A stretch of DNA of 64,000 bases, taken from the NCBI GenBank assembly GCA_963822895.1, contig CAWGJI010000021.1:70308-134307 (forward strand), read 5' to 3'. Position 1 is the stretch's first letter; each line of letters begins with the position of its first letter. The position numbers were made by a program, and so were the translations under genes. The DNA comes from an uncultured Acidobacteriota bacterium. GTDB taxonomy: Bacteria > Actinomycetota > Acidimicrobiia > Spongiisociales > ZC4RG35. This document shows, piece after piece, positions 56,824 to 64,000 of this stretch. A model generated the notes under the pieces. The model did not search any database. It was given only the letters and a program-made list of their open reading frames with translations, and was not told the origin of the DNA.

Positions 56824-57948
56824 TCAGCTCGCAGCCAGAGGGAGCTGCAGCACGAAGACGCTCTCCCCATCGTGGTGCCGGTAGGCCAGGTCACCTTCCA
56901 TGATCTGTGCCAGACCCCGGGAGACGGTGAGCCCCAGCCCTACCGACCCCGGTTGCGTCGCCTCGGTGTGATAGCGGTAGTAGGGCTCGAAGATCGCCTC
57001 CCATTGCTCCGCTGGCAGCCCAGGCCCGTTGTCCGACACCTCGACCAGGGCGTGGGTCTCGTTGACCGCGACATTGACCGCGATGTCACTTCCCCCATAG
57101 GCGAGGGCGTTGGCTATGAGATTTCGCAAGATCTGGCGGACCCGAGCCGGGTCGCCGATGGCGCGGGTGTCGTCCCCGGTGATGGCGATCCTGGTGACCT
57201 CGTCGCGGTCCCAACTCTCGATCACCTGGGCGATCTGAGCTCTCAGGGCGATGGGTACCCTGGTCACTTCGAGCTTCCCGATCTCGATGCGGGCCGCCAC
57301 CAGCAGGTCGTCGATGGTGGCCGAGATGTGAAATGCCTGCTGGGCGATGTGACTGACCATCTCCTCGCGTTCACCGGGCGCCATCTCGGTGTCGTTGCCG
57401 ACCCGGAGCATCTCGGCAAAGCCGAGAACCGCCGTCAATGGGGTGCGGAGCTGATGGCCGACCGACGCGATCAGCTGGTCTTTGGCCTCCAATGACTCCT
57501 CCAGCTGCTGCTGGGTGGTGCGGAGCTCGGATTCCACGATCCGGCTGCGTGCCAACTGTCGCTCCATTTCGTCGGACACGTCACGGAGCCTCCCCACGAC
57601 GAGACCCATCAGGATGAGGATCAGGATGGGAATGCCGCGGTAGGTCTGGAGCAGATGGCCGAAGCCAGGCCCCAACCACTCGATCAGAGCCACCGTCGCG
57701 ACTCCGAGTGCCACGATGAAGACGGCCACGAAGCGAACGCCATACAAGGCGCCGGCGACGGTGACGGGTACCGCCGACAAGAGAACGATTGCCGGGTTCT
57801 CGAGCGGGATGTAGAGATAGAGGACCACCAGATAGCCGATGGTCGTGGCGGCGAGCGTCGCCATCGAGAGCCGGCGACGACTCACCTCGTGCCTGCCGAT
57901 TTGGACGCGCGCAACTGATCCTCCCAATGGATGCCAAAACTCGGTCAT
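56824..57948 (-). CDS. membrane sensor histidine kinase
   Basis: Start assumed at MTEFW. TM helices; H-box SVGHQLRTPLTAVLGFAEML; HATPase N/G boxes (NLIANALAYG; GLGLTVSRGL). Confidence 0.75.
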   Translation of the reverse strand: MTEFWHPLGGSVARVQIGRHEVSRRRLSMATLAATTIGYLVVLYLYIPLENPAIVLLSAVPVTVAGALYGVRFVAVFIVALGVATVALIEWLGPGFGHLLQTYRGIPILILILMGLVVGRLRDVSDEMERQLARSRIVESELRTTQQQLEESLEAKDQLIASVGHQLRTPLTAVLGFAEMLRVGNDTEMAPGEREEMVSHIAQQAFHISATIDDLLVAARIEIGKLEVTRVPIALRAQIAQVIESWDRDEVTRIAITGDDTRAIGDPARVRQILRNLIANALAYGGSDIAVNVAVNETHALVEVSDNGPGLPAEQWEAIFEPYYRYHTEATQPGSVGLGLTVSRGLAQIMEGDLAYRHHDGESVFVLQLPLAAS

Positions 57949-58097
57949 CCAAGATTTGCCGTTTTCTGGGAGCATTCTCTGTGCGGGGTGTCTCCAAAGT
58001 GTCTCAATCGGTGGGAGCGGACCCGTCGCATTGGGGGATGAAGACCCTGGGCCCGAGCCCGAGCTGGATCCCATGATGACTACGGTCCCAGAGACGA

Positions 58098-59627
58098 GTG
58101 GGCTGCGTGAGAATGAACAGTCCGTTGCAGACACAGCCCGGTTCCGATAGACGTCATGTCCCTCCGTTTCCCCGCGGGCTGATCTATGCCGTGATCACCG
58201 GGGTGCTCCTCGGGTTGACCGCACTTGGCGCCGGACCGCCCCACCCCGACTCCCCGATCTCGCTGGTCTTCGTCGGTGATGTGATGCTCGGTCGAGGCGT
58301 GGCTGAGATTGCGGCAGTTGACTCTTCCGGTCTGTTCGAGGAGGTGAGATGGATCCTTCAGCCTGCCGACCTGGCATTGGCCAATCTGGAGTCACCGTTG
58401 ACCCTGCGGGACCACCAGTCCGACAACCCGAACACGCTGGAGGCGGATCCAGCCGCGGCCGCACTCCTGGCCGGCGCCGGGTTCGACGTCATGTCGCTGG
58501 CCAACAACCACGTCGGGGACGCCGGGCCGCGCGGGGTCATAGACACCATCGAAGCCGTCGAGGGCGCGGGAATGACAACGCTGGGGGCCGGCGCCGATGC
58601 CGCCTCGGCAGAGGAGCCGCTGTTCCTCGAGACGGGTGGGGCAAGGGTCGCCTTCCTCGCCTACGACGCCACCAGGGCGGGTCTGGCTGCCGGCAATGGG
58701 CCAGGGGTCGCCCAGTGGGACGATGCGATGGCAAAACAGGCCATCGAGGGTGCCGCTGCCCGGTCTGACCTCTTGGTGGTCTCCCTACACGGCGGTGTCG
58801 AGTACCTTCCTGAGTCGGACCCGCGCATGCTGGCCCTCGCCGAAAAGGCAACCACCTGGGGCGCCGACGTGGTGTGGGGAAATGGAGCCCACGTGGTCCA
58901 GCCGGTCATAGGCACCCCCGGCCCTCGACCAACCCTGACCGCGACCAGTCTCGGGAACTTCATCTTCGATCAACGCGGTGAGCTGACCGGGAAGGGCGCC
59001 ATCCTCCAGGTGCTGGCAGATCGCTCCGGGTTGATCGCATATCGAGTGGGCTCGACCGATCACACCGACCTGAGAGTGCACTGGGTCGGCTGGGCATTGC
59101 CCGAAGGCGACGCGGTCTTGATAGACGGTGAGTGGTGGAACCTGGCACGTCCGGTGCCGTCGCCCGCTGACTCGAGCCCCGCGATCGGAGACTTCGAGTG
59201 GGGGACGGTGGTGGCGGCAAACACCGGGCGAGTGACCGGTGACGACTTGGAGATAGTCGTCTCCTTCCGGCACCTTCCCGGCCCCCACCCGGTGCGTGAC
59301 GGCCTACCCGAGGTGCAGTGGGTCGATGCGAAGGGAATGAGCGCCCATCTCGGCATCTATCGGGCGGAGGACATGACCCCGATCTGGGTGGCGGGTGTGG
59401 TGCCGGCGCCGGTGGCCGAGGTGGCGGCGTGTGATGGCGCCGTAGCCCTCGCCTACTCCGAGCTCGACGATCCGGCGGTGGTCGCCACCGGTGGGGCCGT
59501 CTGGAGACCGTTTGGCCTGGACGCCGCCGAGCGTCTCCCCGGGAAGGGCACCCCTGCCTGTGCCGACATCGATGGGAACGGCTCGACCGAGCCGGTGATC
59601 CTCGACCGGGGCACCGCCAACCCCTGA
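58098..59627 (+). CDS. CapA family protein (poly-gamma-glutamate capsule biosynthesis / metallophosphoesterase-like)
   Basis: LVFVGDVMLGRGV...ANLESPL...SLANNHVGDAGPRG...GAGMTTLGAG are CapA/PGA_cap blocks. N-terminal TM helix. 509 aa. Confidence 0.7.
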   Translation: MGCVRMNSPLQTQPGSDRRHVPPFPRGLIYAVITGVLLGLTALGAGPPHPDSPISLVFVGDVMLGRGVAEIAAVDSSGLFEEVRWILQPADLALANLESPLTLRDHQSDNPNTLEADPAAAALLAGAGFDVMSLANNHVGDAGPRGVIDTIEAVEGAGMTTLGAGADAASAEEPLFLETGGARVAFLAYDATRAGLAAGNGPGVAQWDDAMAKQAIEGAAARSDLLVVSLHGGVEYLPESDPRMLALAEKATTWGADVVWGNGAHVVQPVIGTPGPRPTLTATSLGNFIFDQRGELTGKGAILQVLADRSGLIAYRVGSTDHTDLRVHWVGWALPEGDAVLIDGEWWNLARPVPSPADSSPAIGDFEWGTVVAANTGRVTGDDLEIVVSFRHLPGPHPVRDGLPEVQWVDAKGMSAHLGIYRAEDMTPIWVAGVVPAPVAEVAACDGAVALAYSELDDPAVVATGGAVWRPFGLDAAERLPGKGTPACADIDGNGSTEPVILDRGTANP

Positions 59628-59673
59628 CCCGGAACGGGACCTTCTGCTCTGGCGCTGAGGATGCCCATGGACG

Positions 59674-61971
59674 ATGATTGATCGGTCAAAGGAGAGTTCC
59701 TTGCGTCGTACCTCGATCTTCGTCGTCGTGGTGGCAATGCTGGCCGGGGCTTGTGTCACTCAAAACGAGGAGCCCACGTCCACGACGACGACTTCCGCCG
59801 CCACATCGACCACCCCCTCGACAGTCCCAACCACCACCGGAACCACCATCCCGGAGTCAGCCGTCTACGGCCTCCGCCCGGTGCCGGCTTTTGCCGATTT
59901 TCCCGAGATCCCTCTCCTCGGCGACGACCCGCCCTATGCCGGTCCGACCACGCCCACTTCACTGGATGGGGTGTTGTGGTCCGACCAGGTTCCCGACCAA
60001 GCGCGGGATCTCCTCGCCACCAATGGTTTCGTCGTGCTGCCAGGGGGATACGGCCAGTTCCACGAGGCCTATAGCAACGTGGAGCTCAACGGGAGTCAGC
60101 CGTTGTTCGTGACCACGGATGCCGCATATCACTATTGGCACCTGGCGTTTGCCAAGGCGTTGCGAGACACCGAACAGCTGGTCCTGCTCCCCATCCTCGA
60201 ACAGTTCGCCCTGACCCTCAACCAGGTGGCCGAAGCCGATGCAGGGGATCTCCAGGGAACCGGCATGGACGTGGCGGCGGAACAGGTGGCCCGATACAGC
60301 GAGTTGCTGATGGCTCTCCTCGAGCTGACGGATGCGCCGAACTCCGATGAGGTGGAGGCTGAGCTGTCACTGATAAACGACCATGCTGCTTTCACCGAGT
60401 CTCCGACCACCGGGGCACTGGTCGATTACTCCCTGTTCGGGGTCCGGGGCCATTACACCAGGACACCGGAGCTGACCCGCTACTTCCTGGCGATGTCCTC
60501 ACTGGGTCAAACGGCGTTCCTGCTCAAAGAAAACAGTCAGGTGCGGACCGCGCTGATGCTGGCCCGGGCCATAACCGGCAACCCCCAGCTGTCGGAGATG
60601 TGGGCTCAGATCTATGAGCCGACCGCATTCCTGGTGGGTCTGGCCGATGACTTCACCCCGATGGAGATGGCGACTGCTGCCGACACGGTGGATAGCAACT
60701 GGAGGGACTCCCCGGAGGTGATCAACGACGACTTCATCGCCGGCGTCGCGGTCGAGCTGAATGCGTCTCGTTCGGTCGCCATCGACCCGGAGCGGGCGTC
60801 GATGCGGGTGATGGGGGCCCGCTTCGTCCTCGACTCGTACATCCTCGATCAACTGGTCTTCCCCAACGTGGCCGGACGTCTCGAGGGCTCGCCGCTCGAC
60901 GTAGCCGCCGCCTTCGGTAGCGATTGGGCCTATCAGCGTCAGATCGAGGCCGGGATCCCCGAGGATTACACCGACTACGACCCGCAGTTGGCGAAGATGA
61001 CCGAGCTGGTCGCGGGCCACGTCGCCACAGACTGGGCCGGGACGGTCTATGACGGTTGGCTGTATGCGATCCAGCCGATGTGGAACGGCCACGGAGCGGT
61101 CTATCCCGAGTTCATGCAGACCGAAACGTGGGCGGCCAAGGACCACAACACCGGGTTTGGGTCCTATGTCGAGTTGAAGCACGACACCCTTCTCTACGCC
61201 AAGCAGGCTTTTGCCGAAGGGGAGACACCGACGCCGCCGGCAGAGCCACGACATTGGGTGGAGCCAGAGCCCGTGGTTTACGCCCGGCTGGCGGCGGTCG
61301 CCAACCTGATGCGTCAGGGTCTGGATGATCGGGGGCTCCTGGCGCCCGACGTGGAGGAGATACTGGCCCGTCTCACCGACATGTATGGGACATTCGAGCG
61401 GTTGGCCCGGGACGAACTGGCCGGGCGTCCGATCTCGACCGAGGACAACGACTGGCTGGAGTCGATCGGCGCACGGTTCGAGCTGATCTGGCTGCTGGCC
61501 TCCGAGGACGTCGACGAATCCAATGCTCAGACCGGGGGGTCCTCCGCGGCACCCGACGACATTGCCGCCGTCATCGCCGACATAACGTCCAATCCCGATG
61601 AGGCGCTCGAGATCGGCACCGGGTACATCGACCCGATCTACGTCCTGGTCCCCAACGACCAGAGGACGTTCCAGGTGGCTCGGGGCGGGGTCTACTCCTA
61701 CTACGAGTTCTGGGTGCCGAGAGGCAACCGGCTGACTGATGAGGAGTGGCGTCAGATGCTGGCCAATGGCACGCAGCCGGCGCGACCCGACTGGACCTCC
61801 GTATACCTAGTCGAGCCCACTGGGCCCGACCCTTCGGCGGTAACCTCGGCGTCATGTCCACCTCTGTCGTCTTGGCCGAGGATGCGTTCATCGTCCGCGA
61901 GGGTGTTCGCATGGTTCTCGAGAGCGCCGGCTACGACCTGCTCTTCGCGGCCGAGGACTACGACGAGCTGA
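59674..61971 (+). CDS. large lipoprotein, possibly DUF3160 family
   Basis: Lipobox VAMLAGAC, Thr-rich linker, ~700-aa domain. The last ~40 aa of the ORF overlap the next gene and look non-protein-like. The true stop may differ if there is an indel. Confidence 0.5.
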   Translation: MIDRSKESSLRRTSIFVVVVAMLAGACVTQNEEPTSTTTTSAATSTTPSTVPTTTGTTIPESAVYGLRPVPAFADFPEIPLLGDDPPYAGPTTPTSLDGVLWSDQVPDQARDLLATNGFVVLPGGYGQFHEAYSNVELNGSQPLFVTTDAAYHYWHLAFAKALRDTEQLVLLPILEQFALTLNQVAEADAGDLQGTGMDVAAEQVARYSELLMALLELTDAPNSDEVEAELSLINDHAAFTESPTTGALVDYSLFGVRGHYTRTPELTRYFLAMSSLGQTAFLLKENSQVRTALMLARAITGNPQLSEMWAQIYEPTAFLVGLADDFTPMEMATAADTVDSNWRDSPEVINDDFIAGVAVELNASRSVAIDPERASMRVMGARFVLDSYILDQLVFPNVAGRLEGSPLDVAAAFGSDWAYQRQIEAGIPEDYTDYDPQLAKMTELVAGHVATDWAGTVYDGWLYAIQPMWNGHGAVYPEFMQTETWAAKDHNTGFGSYVELKHDTLLYAKQAFAEGETPTPPAEPRHWVEPEPVVYARLAAVANLMRQGLDDRGLLAPDVEEILARLTDMYGTFERLARDELAGRPISTEDNDWLESIGARFELIWLLASEDVDESNAQTGGSSAAPDDIAAVIADITSNPDEALEIGTGYIDPIYVLVPNDQRTFQVARGGVYSYYEFWVPRGNRLTDEEWRQMLANGTQPARPDWTSVYLVEPTGPDPSAVTSASCPPLSSWPRMRSSSARVFAWFSRAPATTCSSRPRTTTS

Positions 61972-62516
61972 TGGCCGCAGTGGAGGAGCACACCCCGGAC
62001 GTGGTGATCACCGACATCCGCATGCCCCCGACGCGGACCGACGAAGGAGTGCGGGCAGCCCGGGAGATCCGTGACGCCCACCCCGGAATCGGGGTAGTCG
62101 TCCTCTCCCAATACGTCGAGCCCGAATACGCCTTGAAGCTGTTCGAGCATGGCGCCGACGGTCTCGCCTACCTGCTGAAAGAGCGTCTGGCCGACCTCGA
62201 TCAGCTACGACATGCGATCGAAGAGGTCCAAACCGGCGGATCGGTGATCGACCCCAAGGTGGTCGACGCCCTTATCGAAGGCCGGACGAGACCGAAGTCT
62301 CCGGTGGGGCGGCTCACCGATCGGGAGCTCGAGGTGCTGGGTGAGATCGCAAGTGGCAAGAGCAATGTGGCGATCGCCGACACACTCTTCGTGTCGGAGC
62401 GGGCCGTGGAGAAGCACATCAACTCGATTTTCACCAAGCTCGACCTCGTGCCCGAGAAGGAGACCAACCGCCGGGTACGCGCCGTTCTCCTCTATCTCGC
62501 CGATCCGAGTGAGTGA
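61854..62516 (+). CDS. LuxR/NarL-family response regulator (REC + HTH)
   Basis: Start at ATG 61854 (MSTSVVLAEDAFIVREG...). Phospho-acceptor region DVVITDIRMPP. LuxR HTH ELEVLGEIASGKSNVAIADTLFVSERAVEKHINSIFTKL. Confidence 0.85.
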   Translation: MSTSVVLAEDAFIVREGVRMVLESAGYDLLFAAEDYDELMAAVEEHTPDVVITDIRMPPTRTDEGVRAAREIRDAHPGIGVVVLSQYVEPEYALKLFEHGADGLAYLLKERLADLDQLRHAIEEVQTGGSVIDPKVVDALIEGRTRPKSPVGRLTDRELEVLGEIASGKSNVAIADTLFVSERAVEKHINSIFTKLDLVPEKETNRRVRAVLLYLADPSE

Positions 62517-62591
62517 GGGTGTGGTTTTCCCCACCCCGGCGCAGGTGGCTCCCATCTTGAGCCCGAGGGGCAGACGCGACAGCATTGGTAT

Positions 62592-62966
62592 GTGCCAGTG
62601 ATCACGAAGAGTGTCCGAGTCTTGATCGTCGACGACCAGGAGTCGTTTCGCTCCGCCGCACGTCTCGTCATCGAATCGACCGACGGCTTCGAGGTGGCGG
62701 GGGAGGCCGCCACCGGTGAGGATGCGGTGAGCGTTGTGACCGACATTTCGCCCGATCTGGTGCTGATGGACATGAATCTCCCCGGTATCGACGGTCCCGA
62801 GGCCACTCGGCGGATACTGGGCTCAAACCCGAACATCAAGGTGGTCGGGCTCTCCACCTACGAGGAGTACCACGATCGTGCCCTGGCCGCCGGAGCCGTG
62901 GCCTTCATCGCCAAGGCGGAGTTCGAGCCCGGGCGCTTGTCCCAGGCTTGGAAGACCGTCGGTTAG
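62592..62966 (+). CDS. single-domain response regulator (CheY-like receiver)
   Basis: VRVLIVDDQESFR...DLVLMDMNLPGIDG...KVVGLSTY. 124 aa. Confidence 0.75.
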   Translation: MPVITKSVRVLIVDDQESFRSAARLVIESTDGFEVAGEAATGEDAVSVVTDISPDLVLMDMNLPGIDGPEATRRILGSNPNIKVVGLSTYEEYHDRALAAGAVAFIAKAEFEPGRLSQAWKTVG

Positions 62967-62978
62967 TCAGACGTCAGA

Positions 62979-64000
62979 TCACGCCCTCGGCGGGTAGCGG
63001 TAGGCCTGTACCGGGTGCACCCTTCCCTTGACCGTCTCTGGCTCCAGGACATCGACCACGGGTCGCTCCTCGAGTGAGTTCCAGGTCGGTTCACTCATCA
63101 CGATCTCACCGGGCTCGGCCCACTGTTGGATTCGCTGTGCCAGATTCACGACGTCGCCGACCAGTGTGTATTCGACCCGCTCCTCCGACCCGAGGAGGGC
63201 GGCGGCAACCTCCCCCGTTGACAGGCCTATACCGAGTCGGAAGGGCTCCAGACCCTCCCTCTTCCACTCCTCGTTGAGCCGATCCTGATGATGATGCATG
63301 TCGATGGCTGTCTTCAGTGAGCATTGGGCGTGGTCGGGCATCGTCTCGGGTGCTCCGAAGACGGCCATGACCGCGTCACCGACGAACTGCATCACGGTCC
63401 CCCCGTGGTCGAGGATGGCGTGATTCATCTCGACGCGATGCAGATTGAGCTGACCGGCCAGATCAGACGGATCGGTGCGCTCGGCGATGGTCGAGTAGCC
63501 GCGGATGTCCGACATTAGAACGGTCACGACCAGCTTCTCGGTCTCGCCGATCCGACGTCCATCGCGACGAAGCTTGGCGGCGACACCGCCCGGTAGGAAC
63601 CGGGAGAGCTCCTCGCCCTGTTCCTCACGCAACGCGATGGCCTGCTGCAACGTCTTGAGCCGGTCGATCGCGCCCTTGCGACCGGCGGAGACGCCCTCTG
63701 CGAGCTTGAGCCACAGCTTCTCGATTCGATTGTCCACGTCGGCGGGGGTGGTCCTCATCGCCACCGCGATCGCCTTGATCGGGGTCCCCTCGGCGATACG
63801 GGACACCAAAGCCTCCTGATCGGGATCTAGGAGACCATCGGTGGAGACCGGTCGGGCCAGGGCGTCGACGATCCTCGGGTCGAGCATCGAGCCGCCACCG
63901 GCGACCTCCCGGATCGCCCGCACCAGCTGGTCCCCCTCGGCCACCCGATCCTTGAGCAGGTAGGCATAGCCCGCTGCACCCCCAGCGAGCAGCGACACTG
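62979..64000 (-). CDS. adenylate/guanylate cyclase (class III) catalytic domain protein with N-terminal receiver-like region (partial; N-terminus beyond window end)
   Basis: C-terminal CYTH-less class III cyclase blocks (VTVLMSDIRGYSTIAE...HGGTVMQFVGDAVMAVFGAP...IGLSTGEVAAALLGSEERVEYTLVGDVVNLAQRIQ). The upstream part (...AGGAAGYAYLLKD) resembles the end of a REC domain. The ORF continues past 64000. Confidence 0.7.
   Translation of the reverse strand, partial: VSLLAGGAAGYAYLLKDRVAEGDQLVRAIREVAGGGSMLDPRIVDALARPVSTDGLLDPDQEALVSRIAEGTPIKAIAVAMRTTPADVDNRIEKLWLKLAEGVSAGRKGAIDRLKTLQQAIALREEQGEELSRFLPGGVAAKLRRDGRRIGETEKLVVTVLMSDIRGYSTIAERTDPSDLAGQLNLHRVEMNHAILDHGGTVMQFVGDAVMAVFGAPETMPDHAQCSLKTAIDMHHHQDRLNEEWKREGLEPFRLGIGLSTGEVAAALLGSEERVEYTLVGDVVNLAQRIQQWAEPGEIVMSEPTWNSLEERPVVDVLEPETVKGRVHPVQAYRYPPRA

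Noticed and set aside
62514-62545. Hairpin GGGTGTGG-TTTT-CCCCACCC after the response-regulator stop as an intrinsic terminator
   Set aside because: The stem has a mismatch and there is no downstream U-tract. It is too weak to call. The next gene starts 47 bp later and may be co-transcribed.

Overview
This is a 64-kb segment of a high-GC Actinomycetota-type chromosome. Its hallmarks are GTG/TTG starts, GGAGG-type ribosome-binding sites, 4-bp ATGA/GTGA gene overlaps, and long spurious antisense ORFs. I found no integrase, transposase, CRISPR array or prophage genes. In order along the window:

- **1-6.7 kb**: a partial OsmC-like gene, then a minus-strand operon of a TetR regulator, an alpha/beta hydrolase, and an alpha/beta-hydrolase–glycosyltransferase fusion, followed by a GMC oxidoreductase and a divergent SAM methyltransferase.
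- **6.7-14.6 kb**: housekeeping and accessory genes, including a discoidin-domain lipoprotein, a Clp-N/HTH protein behind twin palindromes, a cupin, pckA, an MFS transporter, and DUF885, DUF1761 and DUF2807 proteins.
- **14.6-22 kb**: a striking tRNA neighbourhood. All four tRNA-Ser isoacceptors (GCT, TGA, CGA, GGA) and a degenerate fifth tRNA-Ser-like copy sit next to tadA, an SRP-RNA-like element, a repeat-rich non-coding block, and a serS–ubiE-like operon.
- **22-35 kb**: a frameshifted paralogue of the membrane protein embedded in the tRNA-Ser cluster. tRNA-Leu sits just upstream of the conserved fhaA-fhaB-pstP-rodA-pbpA-pknB division cluster, which has a single kinase and a convergent crgA; a thiolase and tRNA-Ala follow. 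Six copies of a previously unnamed ~45-80-bp palindromic element (CTGTGAACGG...CCGTTCACAG termini) lie in this stretch; two are tandem pairs with identical 83-bp periodicity next to tRNA-Leu and tRNA-Ala.
- **35-49 kb**: SDR–queA, a PAS histidine kinase, large secreted proteins (a 933-aa internally repeated protein, an FAD/BBE-like oxidase, a PD40 beta-propeller + 3xSLH protein with near-identical 180-bp intragenic repeats, a GH99-like hydrolase), and tRNA-Ile.
- **49.6-64 kb**: a signalling island comprising a LAL/LuxR STAND regulator, an acidic lipoprotein, a ferritin-like protein, a STAS protein, a MerR-receiver hybrid translationally coupled to a KaiC homologue behind a perfect 32-bp palindrome, two histidine kinases, CapA, a DUF3160-like lipoprotein, a LuxR response regulator, a single-domain receiver and a receiver–adenylyl-cyclase fusion (partial).

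At least five genes show +/-1 frame breaks, all at homopolymers or simple repeats. This points either to indel errors in the assembly or to ongoing pseudogenisation.
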